From Ginglymostoma cirratum (taxonomy: Eukaryota), in NCBI GenBank assembly GCA_024137785.1, contig JAHRHZ010000085.1, positions 3,513,770-3,577,769 of the forward strand: 64,000 nucleotides of DNA. Reading direction: 5' to 3'. Numbering within the stretch: the stretch's first letter is position 1; each line of letters begins with the position of its first letter. Positions 23,690-35,292 of the stretch are shown piece by piece. Below the pieces are notes generated by a model, which saw only the letters and a list, made by a program, of their open reading frames with translations, had not been told where the DNA came from and did no database searches. The translations under genes and the position numbers were made by a program.

Positions 23690-24210
23690 ATCATAGGTTT
23701 ATGGAGGTTGACAGCAAGGAAACACGCCCTTCAACCATTCTTGTCCATGCCGCCCAGTTTTCACGATTACTCTAGTCCCATTTGCCTACAATTGGTCCAT
23801 ATCCTTCCATACCCATCCCATCCATGTACCTGTCCAAATGTTTCTTAAAAGGCAAACTTGTAGTCGCCTCCACCACCATCTCTGGCAGACTATTCCAGAC
23901 ACTCACCACCATCTGTGTGTAAAATTGCTCCTCTGGACCCTTTTGTATCTCTCCCCTCTTAGGTTAATCCTGTTCCCTCTATTCTTCGACTCTCCTAACA
24001 TGGAGAAAAGCTATTTGCTATCTGCTCAAATCTGCCTCTCATGATTTTACAGACCTTTATAAGGTCACCCTCCAGTCTGGACGCTCCAGGGAAAAAAGTC
24101 CCAGCCGATCCAGCTTCTCTTTAATTTTCAAGTCCATATAACACCCTGGGAAATCCTATCTGTACTCCATCTCGTTTAATAATATCCTTTCTATAGCAGA
24201 GAAACTAGAA
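23690..24210 (-). mobile_element. CR1/HER1 LINE 3' fragment
   Basis: Reverse-complement CR1 3' end, similar to 3445-3850. Confidence 0.75.
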
Positions 24211-24269
24211 TTAGATGGTGAAATTACAATTCAATAAAAACCTGTAACAGTGTTTGTCTTAGAAACACT

Positions 24270-24787
24270 GATCTCCTTACTGTAGGAAAGATGTTGTTAA
24301 ACTTGAAAGGGTTCAGAAAAGATTTACAAGGATGTTGCTGTAGTTGGAGAGTTTGGGCAATTGGGCGACACTGAATAGCCTGGACCTATTTTCTCTGGAG
24401 TGTCGGAGGCTGAGGGGTGACAGTATATAGATTTATAAAATATACAGGTTTATAAAATCAGAGGCAATGGATAGGATGAATAACCATTTTTTCCCCTGGG
24501 TAGGCGAGTCCAAAACTAGAGGGCATAGGTGTCAGGTGACAGGCGTACAATTTAAAAGAGATCTACGGGTTGTTCTGCGTCTGGAATGAACTGCCAGAGG
24601 AATTGGTAGGGGCTTGTATGATTACAACATTTACAAGGCAGAAAATGGATGTATTAGTAGGAAGGGGTTTGGAGTGGTATGGACCAAATGTTGCTAAATG
24701 GGGCTGTATTAATTTAGAATATCTGGTAGGCATGGATGAGGTGGAATGAAGGCCTGTTTCCGTGCTGTTCATCTCTATTACTCTAAC
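24270..24787 (+). mobile_element. CR1/HER1 LINE 3' fragment
   Basis: ggaaagatgttgttaaacttgaaagggttcagaaaagatttacaaggatgttg ... ctctattactcta tail. Confidence 0.8.
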
Positions 24788-25927
24788 ACCAGGTAGTTAA
24801 CTTAATGTCCTTTTGGAAGTCATTCCACCATTGTTAACTGTCCTGCATGTGACTCACTGCAAATTGGATGGCTGTTGTGTGTTCTCTTGGCAATTAAGTA
24901 CAGATGATAAATGTCCTCCCAGAAAATATCACATTCGATGAATACAACAAAATCGACCAAACAATGTTTCTATTATGATGAATGGGGACATTCACCTTGG
25001 CTGCAATGGTTTCTTAATGTATTAAAAGATAATCAATTAACTCTAGAAGAAATAACAACACAAAGGACGGCTCAATGAATGGCAAGACACCAGGAATTTC
25101 AGAGGAACAGAAAGATCTTGGACTTCCTGTTTACAGATCACTGAAGGTGGCAGGGCAGGTTAATAGGATGGTTAAGAAACATACAGGGCATATGCTTTCA
25201 TCTGGAGTGAGATAGATTATAACAGGAGAGAGATTACATTGGAGTTTTACAATGGGCCTTTAGTTAGGTCACAGGGGGAGTACTGTGTGTAGGTCTGGTT
25301 GTCACACGACATTCAGGTGTCGTGTTGGGGTTAAAGATATCTCCAAAACAGAACATTAGAGTGATTCGTTCTGGGTTAATTGGACATGACAATGTGCAAG
25401 TGAAGAAAAGTGGAAAATTACAAAGTTACTGCAAAACAGCGTCTCTTGGCTAGGACGGAAACACAATATTGTGCAGTTAAAAATGAACCAACTTGAAAGT
25501 GTTTTTCACCTGTTTTTACACACCGGAATGCATGGGAAAGCACTGACAATACGATCAAATCGTGAAACAGCGTGTAACATTTTATTCAGAGCAGTTTTAA
25601 CATCTGGGACTGTGCCCCACTCATCTCTAATTTCACGATTGGGCGTGAGACAGGTGCTGTGGAACTGGAGACAGAGCTCCAAGTCCCGCCATCGCCAAAG
25701 TCCCCGGGGAGCAGAAACGCAGTGTGAAGCTCACATGTTTAATACATATCTCAGTTGGTTAACGTCACCGGTTAGCTTTAATATATCTGTGTAGTGGAAG
25801 CTAACACTTGTAACTCAGATATGTAAAGCACTTTAACCCAAAAAATTATATATCATGAAGTACTCTAGTCAACATTTTGACCAGAATTTAAAGAGCCAGT
25901 TGGGTACTTTCAGCCGAACAATGCATT

Positions 25928-25945
25928 TGGCACTGCTTGCAGGGT
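25928..25945 (+). promoter_or_regulatory. Primer-binding site, tRNA-Ser(UGA)-like
   Basis: TGGCACTGCTTGCAGGGT vs the expected TGGCGCAGCGAGCAGGGT (14/18). It lies 2 nt after the 5' LTR. Confidence 0.6.
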
Positions 25946-26074
25946 CTGAGCAAAATGTGGAAGGAAATGAAGGATACTTTGGCTGTGGAAGCATACTGCG
26001 TCCTGGTATGGTCCTGTAATAATTGGTTTCGTTGTTTCGTCACCGGTTGACTGTGGCATGACCATTTTGTTTTG

Positions 26075-27750
26075 GGAAAGGGATAAGGAGCAGAATCCCA
26101 ATGGAATACTTTGTGCCATGAAGGGCTGTCTGGGGGAAGTAGGTTTCCCAAACTAAACCAAGGGCATCACACATATGGAGTGGATCCTGCTGAGCGGCCG
26201 CTCGTATACTGTCCCGGGAGGTGCGAGATTTAAAGGAGGCGAATGGGACATTGACCGCTGCGCTGGCGAGGTCGGCTCGGACCGCTCAGGAAAGCACAGA
26301 TAAAGCCGAGTAGAAGCATACGAGTACAGCCTGCAACAAAAACAAAAAGTAGTGGGAATCACAGCGGGTCAGGCAACTTCCATGGAGAGAGAGCAAGTTA
26401 ACGTTTCAGGGCGAGACGACTCTTCATCAGAGCTGATGAAGCCTGGAGGGGGCAGCATTTATACAATGGCGGGGTGGGGTGGTGGGGGGCAGTGCTGGGG
26501 GAGAAAGGATGTTGACAGATCAGATTAAGTGATCGGAATGTGAGAAGGGCAGAACAATGGTGTGTCTAACTGCTGGACGAGTCAGAACAGAGAGTCAAAC
26601 TGTATAACCTGCAAATTGGCCACATTGCAGCACAAAAAAAAAACAAACTGGAAAGTAGATCCAGCGGAAGTGTCCTTTTTATTAACTTCAGTTGATCGGG
26701 TCCCCGATCACTGGGAAGATATTCGTCTGATTTGGAGTACGAGGGGACTGATGGGGAAGGAGTCTCTAATGGTGATAATGTTCCCCTTTGCGCGCCCGTT
26801 AGTAACTTATACAGCTAAGGGGCACGGCCAGCAGGCCTCCCAAAGAATCCTTGCATTGCGCGGGATTACCCACTGACAGAATTGCAGGATTTGGGGAATA
26901 ATTTTCCGTCAGAAAGCAGGGCACTGGGAGCTTGGATAACCCGGCTGTGGGACTCCCAGGCGTCTAATATTTCTCTCAAAAATAGGGAGCCTTGTCTACA
27001 TGCACAGCCACACATAATGCTCTCCATGGAGCACAGGAACAGGAGCATTCACTGCATATATACGCATAGCATTGAGACCGAAGTACCTGGACCATTCATG
27101 GATTGGGAGAAGGAAGCTGTCCCGTGGCGTACAATATCACAGGGAAGTGCCCGATTCCGGAGTGAGCTACACAAACGGGATTGGACATGAACAATTTCCA
27201 GTGATGGACCAAGAAGCTTTCACAACCCCAATGAGAATCCAGCTTATGCACAATGGACCAATTCATCTCAGAGTGACGCTGCTGGCAATGTTGGGGCGGG
27301 CTCAGGGCAGACCAGACGGTGATGTTGTAATGTTGTTTGGACAGTTAGTGGATGCGGATTTGCGCCAAGCTCATGCCGGAGAGCGGTAACAGGGAAACGC
27401 AGGAAAGGATGGGAAGCAAGCGAAGAAAGTCAGCAAAATCAGATGTTTACTGCTTTATGGGAAGCAGGCACAGTCTGAAATAGACAGAAAATGCATGGTA
27501 TCACCATCAGTGTTATATGTTCCTTCTGGAAGAAACGATTTGAAAATCCAGTAAGGGACCAAGGGGGACATCAATTCCTCCCATAGTGTGAGACACCAAT
27601 GCGGATTTAGATGCCACTTCCCAGAAAAAAAGGAGGATACACCAGAGTCCCTTCTGTACTCCACATGAGAGGAACTGCAGCAGATCTGTAGAGTCTGTAA
27701 TCCCCGAGAATCGGAAGGTGGCCGGGACATTGAGATGTGCCAAAAAGGGG
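26075..27750 (+). pseudogene. gag: Class III ERV gag remnant
   Basis: ELQDLGNNF...GAWITRLWDSQASNISL..E resembles the ERV-L gag motif WILRVWD.G..NI.L...E. Interrupted by a PLE fragment at ~26338-26605. Confidence 0.7.
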
Positions 27751-27764
27751 GAGTCGATTCAGGG

Positions 27765-28660
27765 GTCGAGAGGCCATACATCGGTGTCACAATTCATTGG
27801 ACAATTGGAAATAAACAGCACATTGTGGTCTTGCTCAATATCTTCCAGACATGAGGGAACTAAAATGACTATAAATAGATTTGTGAGAACAGAAACACCG
27901 GTGGTGCGGGCGCTGTTGCGATTGGCAATGGAGAATAGACAACCACGGATGGTATCTGTGTTAATATGCAGCATATTACAGGGATGGATGTTGTGAAGAG
28001 GGATGAAAATATGAACCCCAACATGGAAGTTTGATTTGGTGTGTGAAGGATGAATCTGGGAGTTGGGAAAGCTGAGTGGGAACCCCAATACATTCCAGTC
28101 CTTTACGAAATGTTAATGGTAAGCAGTATTGAGGGCACAAGGAGATGGCAGATACTATTGAAGGGTCAGTGACAGCAATGGGTTGTATGACCTGCTGTCT
28201 TCCTGTATAACTGCCTTGTGTGATCAGTGCAGAAACGAGGTGGTAACGGGAGGGCAGAGAGCAGACAGTTTGTAGGTTGTGCAAGGCTACTTGCACAATC
28301 CAGCTCTCTGCCATGGTTTAACAGCCAGGATCTGGAGATGTCCCCTCTCTCCAGCAATAAAACAGCTCTTTATATTGATGATATATTGCTACCTGGCCTT
28401 TCAGAGGAAGTAATAGCCAAAGACACGGCTACTTTGACTCAGGACCTATGGAATAAAGGCTGGGAAATTAATCCTAAAAAAATCCAGGGAACAAGCCAGT
28501 GTGTTGTTTTGCTCAGAATACAATGGGCCGGGGAGAGGGTGTGATTCCTGACTAAGTGAGAAGTAAAATCAGTGACGTGCAGACCCAGACCGCTAAAGAA
28601 ATGGCCCAAAGCTTTGTGGCGATGTTCGGTTATTGGAGAAGGTATGTCCCTCTCTTAACC
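27765..28660 (+). pseudogene. pol: Class III ERV protease + RT remnants (deleted)
   Basis: RPYIGVTIHW...VLL (ERV-L-type protease start). YIDDILLPG...KGWEINPKKIQG...IQWAG and AQSFVAMFGYWRRYVP are ERV-L-type RT. RNase H and IN are absent. Confidence 0.85.
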
Positions 28661-28669
28661 TAATTACCC

Positions 28670-30150
28670 CTCACCACAGAACTGGTTTCTTACTCGGACT
28701 TTGGACAAAGCGCCTGAGGGAGACGTTGCCTGGCAGTGGCTCATATGGAGGGTGGTTAGCTGCTGTGCCAAAATGCGACAAAGTGGCGTAAACCATCTTG
28801 GGGATTATTGCGGTAAGCCATGAGTTCAGCTCCATTAAAAGCCACACAGTTCCCCCATCTTCAGGAATTGTATGACACCTGTAACCAAACCGAATTTTGT
28901 TTTAACAGTGACAGTGGAGATGACTAATGGAAATAAATAACGTTCCCATTGCCGCTCGGTATGCACACAATCAACATTACAGAGGCGAGGCAGGAAAAAT
29001 GTACTTGTTGCTATTCTGGGTTGAGCAGCGGCGGGAATAGGTGTATTTACTTGCATTGGTACTGAAACGATATAAAACAGAATTGCTAAAGCTGGGCAAG
29101 TAACTAAGAATGCGAATAAACTGCTTGCTGTGTGGGCCAAACCATCAGGCCATCGAGATTTAGCAAATCGGTTTTTGACCGACAAGGTTTGGAAGTTTGC
29201 TCATAGCACCGTTTCGGAAATAAATCTCACCCAAATAAATCTTCATGCTGAAGCTAATCGAATACATTGTTAGCTGCTCCAGCTGTATTGTTTTAGCACA
29301 AAGACGTCAAGAAACCAATTTATTACAATCGGACATCTGTTGTATGGAAACAATAATTCCACCTCACCATTACTAACTTAGCGTTTATGCCTGATTTGTT
29401 AAAGAATAATTACGCTGTCACAGTATATCATGCTAAACCTTTCTTCAATAAAATACAACATTACAGCAACTATAGTGCCAATCTGTCACCCTTCCTCTTC
29501 TGTTGCGGGTAAGCCATGGACACTTGTGTTTTATGGCAAATGGCTGGACAACAACAATTAGACCCACTGGGAACAATAGACAGAAGGTCTGGTCTGCCCC
29601 TTATATTTCCCTACCTTTGAGCCATGCTACAATATTCCAAGAAAATTGGCCTAAACCGTTAGATTCCAGCACTCATATTGTCTACCTTAATGATAAGAGA
29701 GCAGAACCATCTGCCAACCTCTTTCGGGAAAAATATATGTTATCTGTGATTAAATTAGATGTAAACATCACATAATCACAGAATGGGAGGCGAAAACTGT
29801 GTATCGAGTTGTGTACCTCCACATGTGAAATTTCAGAAATTGCATGCTTTCCTTAAAAAGCATCAGTAGATTAGTTCTCATTTGGCAAAAGGACACCATG
29901 GCTTCTTACAGGAAGAAACTGTCATGACTTACAGCCATGGTCAATTGATTCACAAAGCAGACAATTTAGGAACCATTACCATGCATCATTAGTCGGTTAT
30001 ATTAACGGGTGGTCACCAAAAGCTTCAGCAGTACTCTCACCGTTATTGTATCCACTTGTTTAAATGATTGTTAATTGATTGTTTCTCGTTTTTATGTACC
30101 TGTGTAATGGCCTGTAAGTTATATCGCATGTATAAAGAACTTGTAGCTAT
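28670..30150 (+). pseudogene. env: Class III-type env remnant
   Basis: Basic cleavage site RRGRK (~28983-28997) is followed by the fusion-peptide-like NVLVAILG*AAAGIGVFTCIGTETI. Membrane-proximal GWSPKASAVLSPLLYPLV precedes a hydrophobic stretch at ~30.0-30.1 kb. Confidence 0.7.
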
Positions 30151-31124
30151 TGAACAAAACGTACGTGCTTTATAAGGTATTGGTAATCTATTTTGAAGAT
30201 ATCAGTGGGTGTTGTGTAGTATGGGCTGAAAAATGACATCTCCAAATCGGACCATTCAGGGTTAATTGGACATGGAATTCTGCAATTGAAGACAAGTGTA
30301 AAATGAGACATTTAGTGTAAAAACAGCCTTCTTTGGTTGGGAGGTAACTGCATGACCTTGGCTGGGTGGGAAACAGAATCGCCCAAGTCTCCGCCAAGTC
30401 CGAAAGTCAATATGGGAATTACTTTTTAAACATATATCTGAGTAACCTAACCATTTGACTTTAATATATATCCATAATTTAAAATGTCAATTATTAATTC
30501 ATACACGAATGAAGTATTAACCGAATAACTTAGCTACATAACGAATGCACTTATCTTTTGTAATCATTACAATCACATCTTAAGAAGATTCGTTAGATAC
30601 TTTAGGCCTAACAATGCGAAATAATTGTTTGCGGTTGCGGAGGGTGCAGAAGAGATTCACCAGGATGCTGTTTGGTTTGTAACATTTAAGCTGTGAAGAG
30701 TCTGGAGAAGCACGGACTGTTTTCTTTGGAGCAGAGAAGTTTAAGGGGAGTCCTGATTGAGGTGTATACAGTTCTGAAGGAATGGATAGGGTGGACAAAA
30801 AGCAACTGTTTCCTTTAGTTGAAGGGTGTACGACGAGATGTCATAAATTGTGGAGGGAAAGGCAAGAGGTTCAGAGCAACTTGGAGGATTTTTTTTTTCA
30901 CTGAGAGGGTGTTGGGTATCAGGAATGCACTGCCTGGGAGGGTAGTGCAGGTAGGAAATCTTTAAGAAATGTACGTGGACGAGCACTTAAAATGTCATAA
31001 CATTCAAGGCTATGGGCGAAGTGCTGGAAAGTGTTATGAGTGTAAATAGGTGAGCTGCACCCAAAGAACCAAAGGGCTTTTTATGTTCTGTATAACCTGA
31101 TAATATTCCTTGCGCAGACAGTAT

Positions 31125-31295
31125 GGAGTGCAGATGCTGGAAGCTAGAATCAATAAATGTGGGAATGGGAAAGTACAGCAGGTCAGCCAGCATCCGAGGA
31201 GCAGGAAAGTTAACATTTCGGCCCGAAACTTTCACTTTCCTGCTCCTCGGACGCTCGCTGACCCGCTGTACTTTTCCAGCTCCACATTTATTGAC
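31125..31295. mobile_element. PLE-derived hairpin insertion
   Basis: Near-perfect inverted arms centred on tttcggcccgaaa. Confidence 0.8.
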
Positions 31296-31329
31296 CGATT
31301 TTCCTATCTCTTTGTCCCTCTTTAACTTT

Positions 31330-32939
31330 TCCAGTGATTGAATTTAACGCTGAATGTATCTTCGGAAATGAATTGCAACATTGTGTATTTTCTTAATATA
31401 TTTGGGACCTCTCAATGACGAACTTTTGGCAGCAACTCTCCTGACAACATAGTACACACGTGCGGAAAAAGCTGAAGAAAGGAAACCTTTAACTATGCAA
31501 CAATGTCAAATTTCGGGATTGGCACAATCAGAGGCAAATGACTGTCGTAATCACTTTCTACTTCGTCAACCTCTTTAAATGATGTCTCAAAGTTTAACGT
31601 GCAACGTTTTGTAGAATATTACCTTCTTTCGGAACAGTGCAACTGGCATTTACTGGAAATGAGCTCGAAAAGTGATATATTTGACACATGTAGACTGTGT
31701 CACTTTCGGGTATATCTGGCACGTCCAAGGAGCTGACCACTTCATAAAGACCCTCGCCTTCTGCCTGTTGTACATTTCTAAATCCAGTGAAGATTTGTGT
31801 ACTGTTTCTGTGTCAAGTAAGGTTAAAGTCTTCTGGATAAAAGCCAGATGTCCTGCGTTGCAGCATGAAAGGAGGAGATGAAGGATCTTCGGAACGTATC
31901 AACACAATGTTTAGGGTAGATGGTGAAGCTGCATTATAAATAAAATTCACATAAATATGGACATTGTACTTCTGTCCCACAACTTAAACAACTTCATGAA
32001 CTAATCAATTGTTACTTCTGAGTCCGGCAGCTGCATTGATCATCATTATTTATATTGGTAGGGATTGCTATTACTTTTATTATGTAGCGACCTCCTAATG
32101 CAATTGAGATATCACCTGTCTCAGCAAAATTGGAAACTACTTTCTGTCCATGTTACTTAATAAAAATATGTTTGAGTTTTCATAAAGTACACTTCTCGCA
32201 ATCAGGGGTTTGGGAACTGGATCACTGAAATTGAGACAGCCACATTCCAAACGAGGGGTAAAGGAAAATGGCTTTTCAAAGTTCAACATAAAATGACATT
32301 TAAAGTGCCTAATATTGCCGATAAACTCAAGACAATACATTTTGTTACTCCATGCTTAAATTGTAAAAAATGCTTCACTTGGAAGTCTTGCATTAGCTTT
32401 CTATACAACACAAATTTCAATACCATATGCCGATAGTGTGCAATTGCTGAAGCGTGCAGTGTCGCTGGTGATGCTTTCTTTTTTATCACATTACTGAACA
32501 TGTCGTTCCTAAGAAGTAAACGATTTTATATCGGCCTCCACCACATATATATGTATATTTTTAAGAAAATGCAACTGCTAACTCGCATTCACTGTTCACT
32601 GGAACCAAGACTTAACGTTTCCTGGGATGACACTAACCGTAGACAACAAGTTGAGAAGCTTGTTTCTCAGAAACCCTTTGTTGCTGAGTTTTGGCTCTAC
32701 AGTAATATGTTCCAGCGTCCAGGACAGTCACTTTGAAGAGATGGAGGTAGGCTCTGCGTTCCAGTGCTGTAAAGTCTTTTTTTTGTGCTGTCCTCCTTCA
32801 GAAGCATGTTCTCATTACCTTCTTGCCAGCAGAAAACCTTAATGTTTGAACGGTTGAGCTCGAATGAGAAAAAGACATCGCAGGATAGCTGTTGTATTTA
32901 TCGGGGCCTTTATTTTCATAACATCCAGATTAACGTTGT
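31330..32939 (-). pseudogene. V(J)-C1-TM IgSF pseudogene, copy C (best preserved)
   Basis: V exon 32939-32638 (302 nt, ag|..|gttagt, two +1 shifts in homopolymers): TAILRC...VFCWQEG...AYLHLFKVTVLDAGTYYCRAK...QLVVY. C1 exon 31928-31623 (306 nt, phase 1-1): LQRRTSGFYPEDFNLT*HRN...GLYEVVSSLDV...VYMCQIYH, with Cys>Arg and Trp>TGA. Next exon acceptor at 31471. Confidence 0.9.
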
Positions 32940-33782
32940 CTGAAGTGCAGAGAGCTACTGTTAACAAAAGATTCATACAATGAGTAAACAGGGAAGATGA
33001 AATGCAACTTGAAATAACATAATTAATTCAATACACTCACAGAGTAATAATTCACCATGTCTTGCTCTTTGAATTCTGCATCACTATCTGAATATCTACC
33101 CGAACTGAACTATTGCAAATTGTTTTTTCACTTATCCGGAGGATTTTTAGGGCAAGGAACTCTGCCGTGAGAAACTTAGGAAAAGGAGTGTCCGATTATC
33201 CATCAAATATAAGTTAAATTATTCTTCCACCTCGATCAAGAACGTTTCAAACACAGAAAGAAGGAGCATGTACCTGGATACGAAATGCACAGAAAATATA
33301 AGTTCCACAGTTATCCACTCACAAACATAGCGACAAAGAAAATCTGGCAGAACATACATTGGATGTAAAAAGAGACCTGTTGAAAGTTTTTTGGAACATC
33401 AGTTATGCATTGATTTTAATCACTTGCGTCTAAATGAAGTCAATAAGCACGCAACTAATTCCTCGCCAAATGCGCAACATGCATGTGTTTTCAAATAAGA
33501 CCTTGTTGTGGCAACAGTGAGCGGAAATGATAACACGGACAGACAACTGCAGTTACAGCAAAATATATCCTGAGATAGTGAAACTACTGTTCGAGTCTGT
33601 ATCCACCCACATGACCCACCAGGCTTGGGTGCGATATCGGCTGCACCAATACAAAACTCCATCCTTTAATTTTTTACCCATGTCCACATAATTGTAACAT
33701 ACTTCCTTTGAGAACATTTTTCTCAGAATTTCAGTTCAGCCACAGGATACAACTGAGGCCATTTCAAAGAAAACACATGTTT

Positions 33783-34085
33783 CGGTGGCATCGTGGCTCA
33801 GTGGTTGGCACTGCTGCCTTCCAGTGCCAGGGATCAGTGTTTGAGACGGTGACTGTGTGGGGTTTGCACATTCTTCCCGTGTCTGAGTGTGTTTTTACAG
33901 TTTCCTCCCGCAGCGCAAAGATGTGCAGGTTCGGCGGTTTGGTCATTGTCCGCAGGGTCCAGGGATATGCAGGTAAAGGTGGATTAGCCGCGGTAATGAA
34001 GGGTTGCGGTGTGGTGGGGTAACAGGGACAGGGTAGGATGGTCTTCGTAGGGTCGATTCACTTCACTGTAAGGATTCTATGATTC
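33783..34085 (+). mobile_element. tRNA-derived V-SINE (HE1-like)
   Basis: A-box gtggctcagtggtt, V-domain gtttgcacattcttcccgtgtctg...caaagatgtgcaggtt, and a gattctatgattc tail. Confidence 0.8.
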
Positions 34086-34300
34086 AAAGGCATTTATAAT
34101 TTAATTTGGGTTCGAAAGATACCAGGACTTATCACATAACTAACGTAAATCGTGCGTTCAACTTAATGAGTATTTGCCCTGAATTTTGAATCCATGACTG
34201 ACATGTGTAAACATGCAATATTCCTATTTCTTGCGATACAGGTGCCAGAGTTGCGCTGCGGCGGAAAAACCAGAGGTAACAGGACATCAGGTTATAGTCG

Positions 34301-34866
34301 TCTCAGAGATAAAAGGTACTGCAGATGCTGGAGAATCCGAGATAACAAGCATGGGGCTGCATGAACACAGCAGGTCAAGCAGCANNNNNNNNNNNNNNNN
34401 NNNNNNNNNNNNNNNNNNNNNNNNNNNNNNNNNNNNNNNNNNNNNNNNNNNNNNNNNNNNNNNNNNNNNNNNNNNNNNNNNNNNNNNNNNNNNNNNNNNN
34501 NNNNNNNNNNNNNNNNNNNNNNNNNNNNNNNNNNNNNNNNNNNNNNNNNNNNNNNNNNNNNNNNNNNNNNNNNNNNNNNNNNNNNNNNNNNNNNNNNNNN
34601 NNNNNNNNNNNNNNNNNNNNNNNNNNNNNNNNNNNNNNNNNNNNNNNNNNNNNNNNNNNNNNNNNNNNNNNNNNNNNNNNNNNNNNNNNNNNNNNNNNNN
34701 NNNNNNNNNNNNNNNNNNNNNNNNNNNNNNNNNNNNNNNNNNNNNNNNNNNNNNNNNNNNNNNNNNNNNNNNNNNNNNNNNNNNGGGGTTTAGGCCCGAA
34801 ACGTCAAGTTTTCCTGCTCCTATGTTGCTGCTTGACCTGCTGTGTTCATCTAGCCCCATGCTTGTT
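34301..34866. mobile_element. Young PLE palindromic insertion containing the assembly gap
   Basis: Both gap flanks are opposite-facing ends of the 21.6/59.2 kb family. Perfect 15-bp TSD atcaggttatagtcg (34286-34300, 34867-34881). Confidence 0.85.
34385..34784. other. Assembly gap (400 N)
   Basis: Run of N. Confidence 1.
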
Positions 34867-35004
34867 ATCAGGTTATAGTCGAACAGGTTTATTTGAAATT
34901 ACAAGCTTTTGGAGTGCTGCTCCTTCGTCAGGTGGAGTGCAGCGCTTCGAAAGCTTGTGATTTCAAATAAACCTGTTGGACGATAACCTGGAGCCGTGTA
35001 ATTT

Positions 35005-35292
35005 CTAACATGTCTTGCAGGGAACGGTTTGTCTCATTAAATGGCGTTGCTGACACACCGGCGAGTGAATGATGTGGATTTGCTTAATTTTGATGATGTT
35101 TTGGGTAGCTGTAGTACAAAGTTTCCACTTTCCTTGGCGGAGACACCCACTGACATTCATGAAGACGCTGCCCTGAATATTTCGCTCAGAAATCCACCAG
35201 ATATAAGACATCTCCATGGTCTTTGAGCGCATGTAAAGTTGTCGATCAGTGATTGCTTCAGTCTGCTCCTGCTCTTTAGTTACGAGCACATT
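35005..35292 (-). pseudogene. Diverged Ig V-type exon remnant
   Basis: Open frame VLVTKEQEQTEAITDRQLYMRSKTMEMSYIWWISE...QNIIKIKQIHIIHSPVCQ has V-domain A/B/C(WW)/E/F order. The first Cys is lost. Confidence 0.4.

Larger units (their letters stand above)
25318..30618 (+). mobile_element. Class III (ERV-L/ERV-S-like) endogenous retrovirus, decayed and internally deleted
   Basis: Diverged LTR pair 25318-25925 and ~30215-30618 (shared gggttaattggacatg and tacttt...aacaatgc). PBS 25928-25945. PPT-like gatatcagtgggtgttg. gag, pro, RT and env remnants in order. Confidence 0.85.
25060..31030 (+). mobile_element. CR1 LINE fragment split by the class III ERV (pieces ~25060-25317 and ~30620-31030)
   Basis: The left piece ends ggagtactgtgtgtaggtctggttgtcacac. 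The right piece resumes gagggtgcagaagagattcaccaggatg, which is the contiguous CR1 ORF2 sequence. Confidence 0.7.

Noticed and set aside
23690-24787. Opposed CR1 fragments as a twin-priming inversion
   Set aside because: Both pieces include the same 3' end and are diverged, which fits two independent insertions better.
30188-30397. Minus-strand ORF as a downstream exon of IgSF copy C
   Set aside because: It aligns with 25318-25460 and is part of the class III ERV 3' LTR.
33783-33850. tRNA-like A/B boxes as tRNA genes
   Set aside because: They are SINE heads followed by a V-domain and LINE-type tail, with no complete cloverleaf.
34213-34960. ORFs of 190-221 aa
   Set aside because: Artefacts of translating through the N gap.
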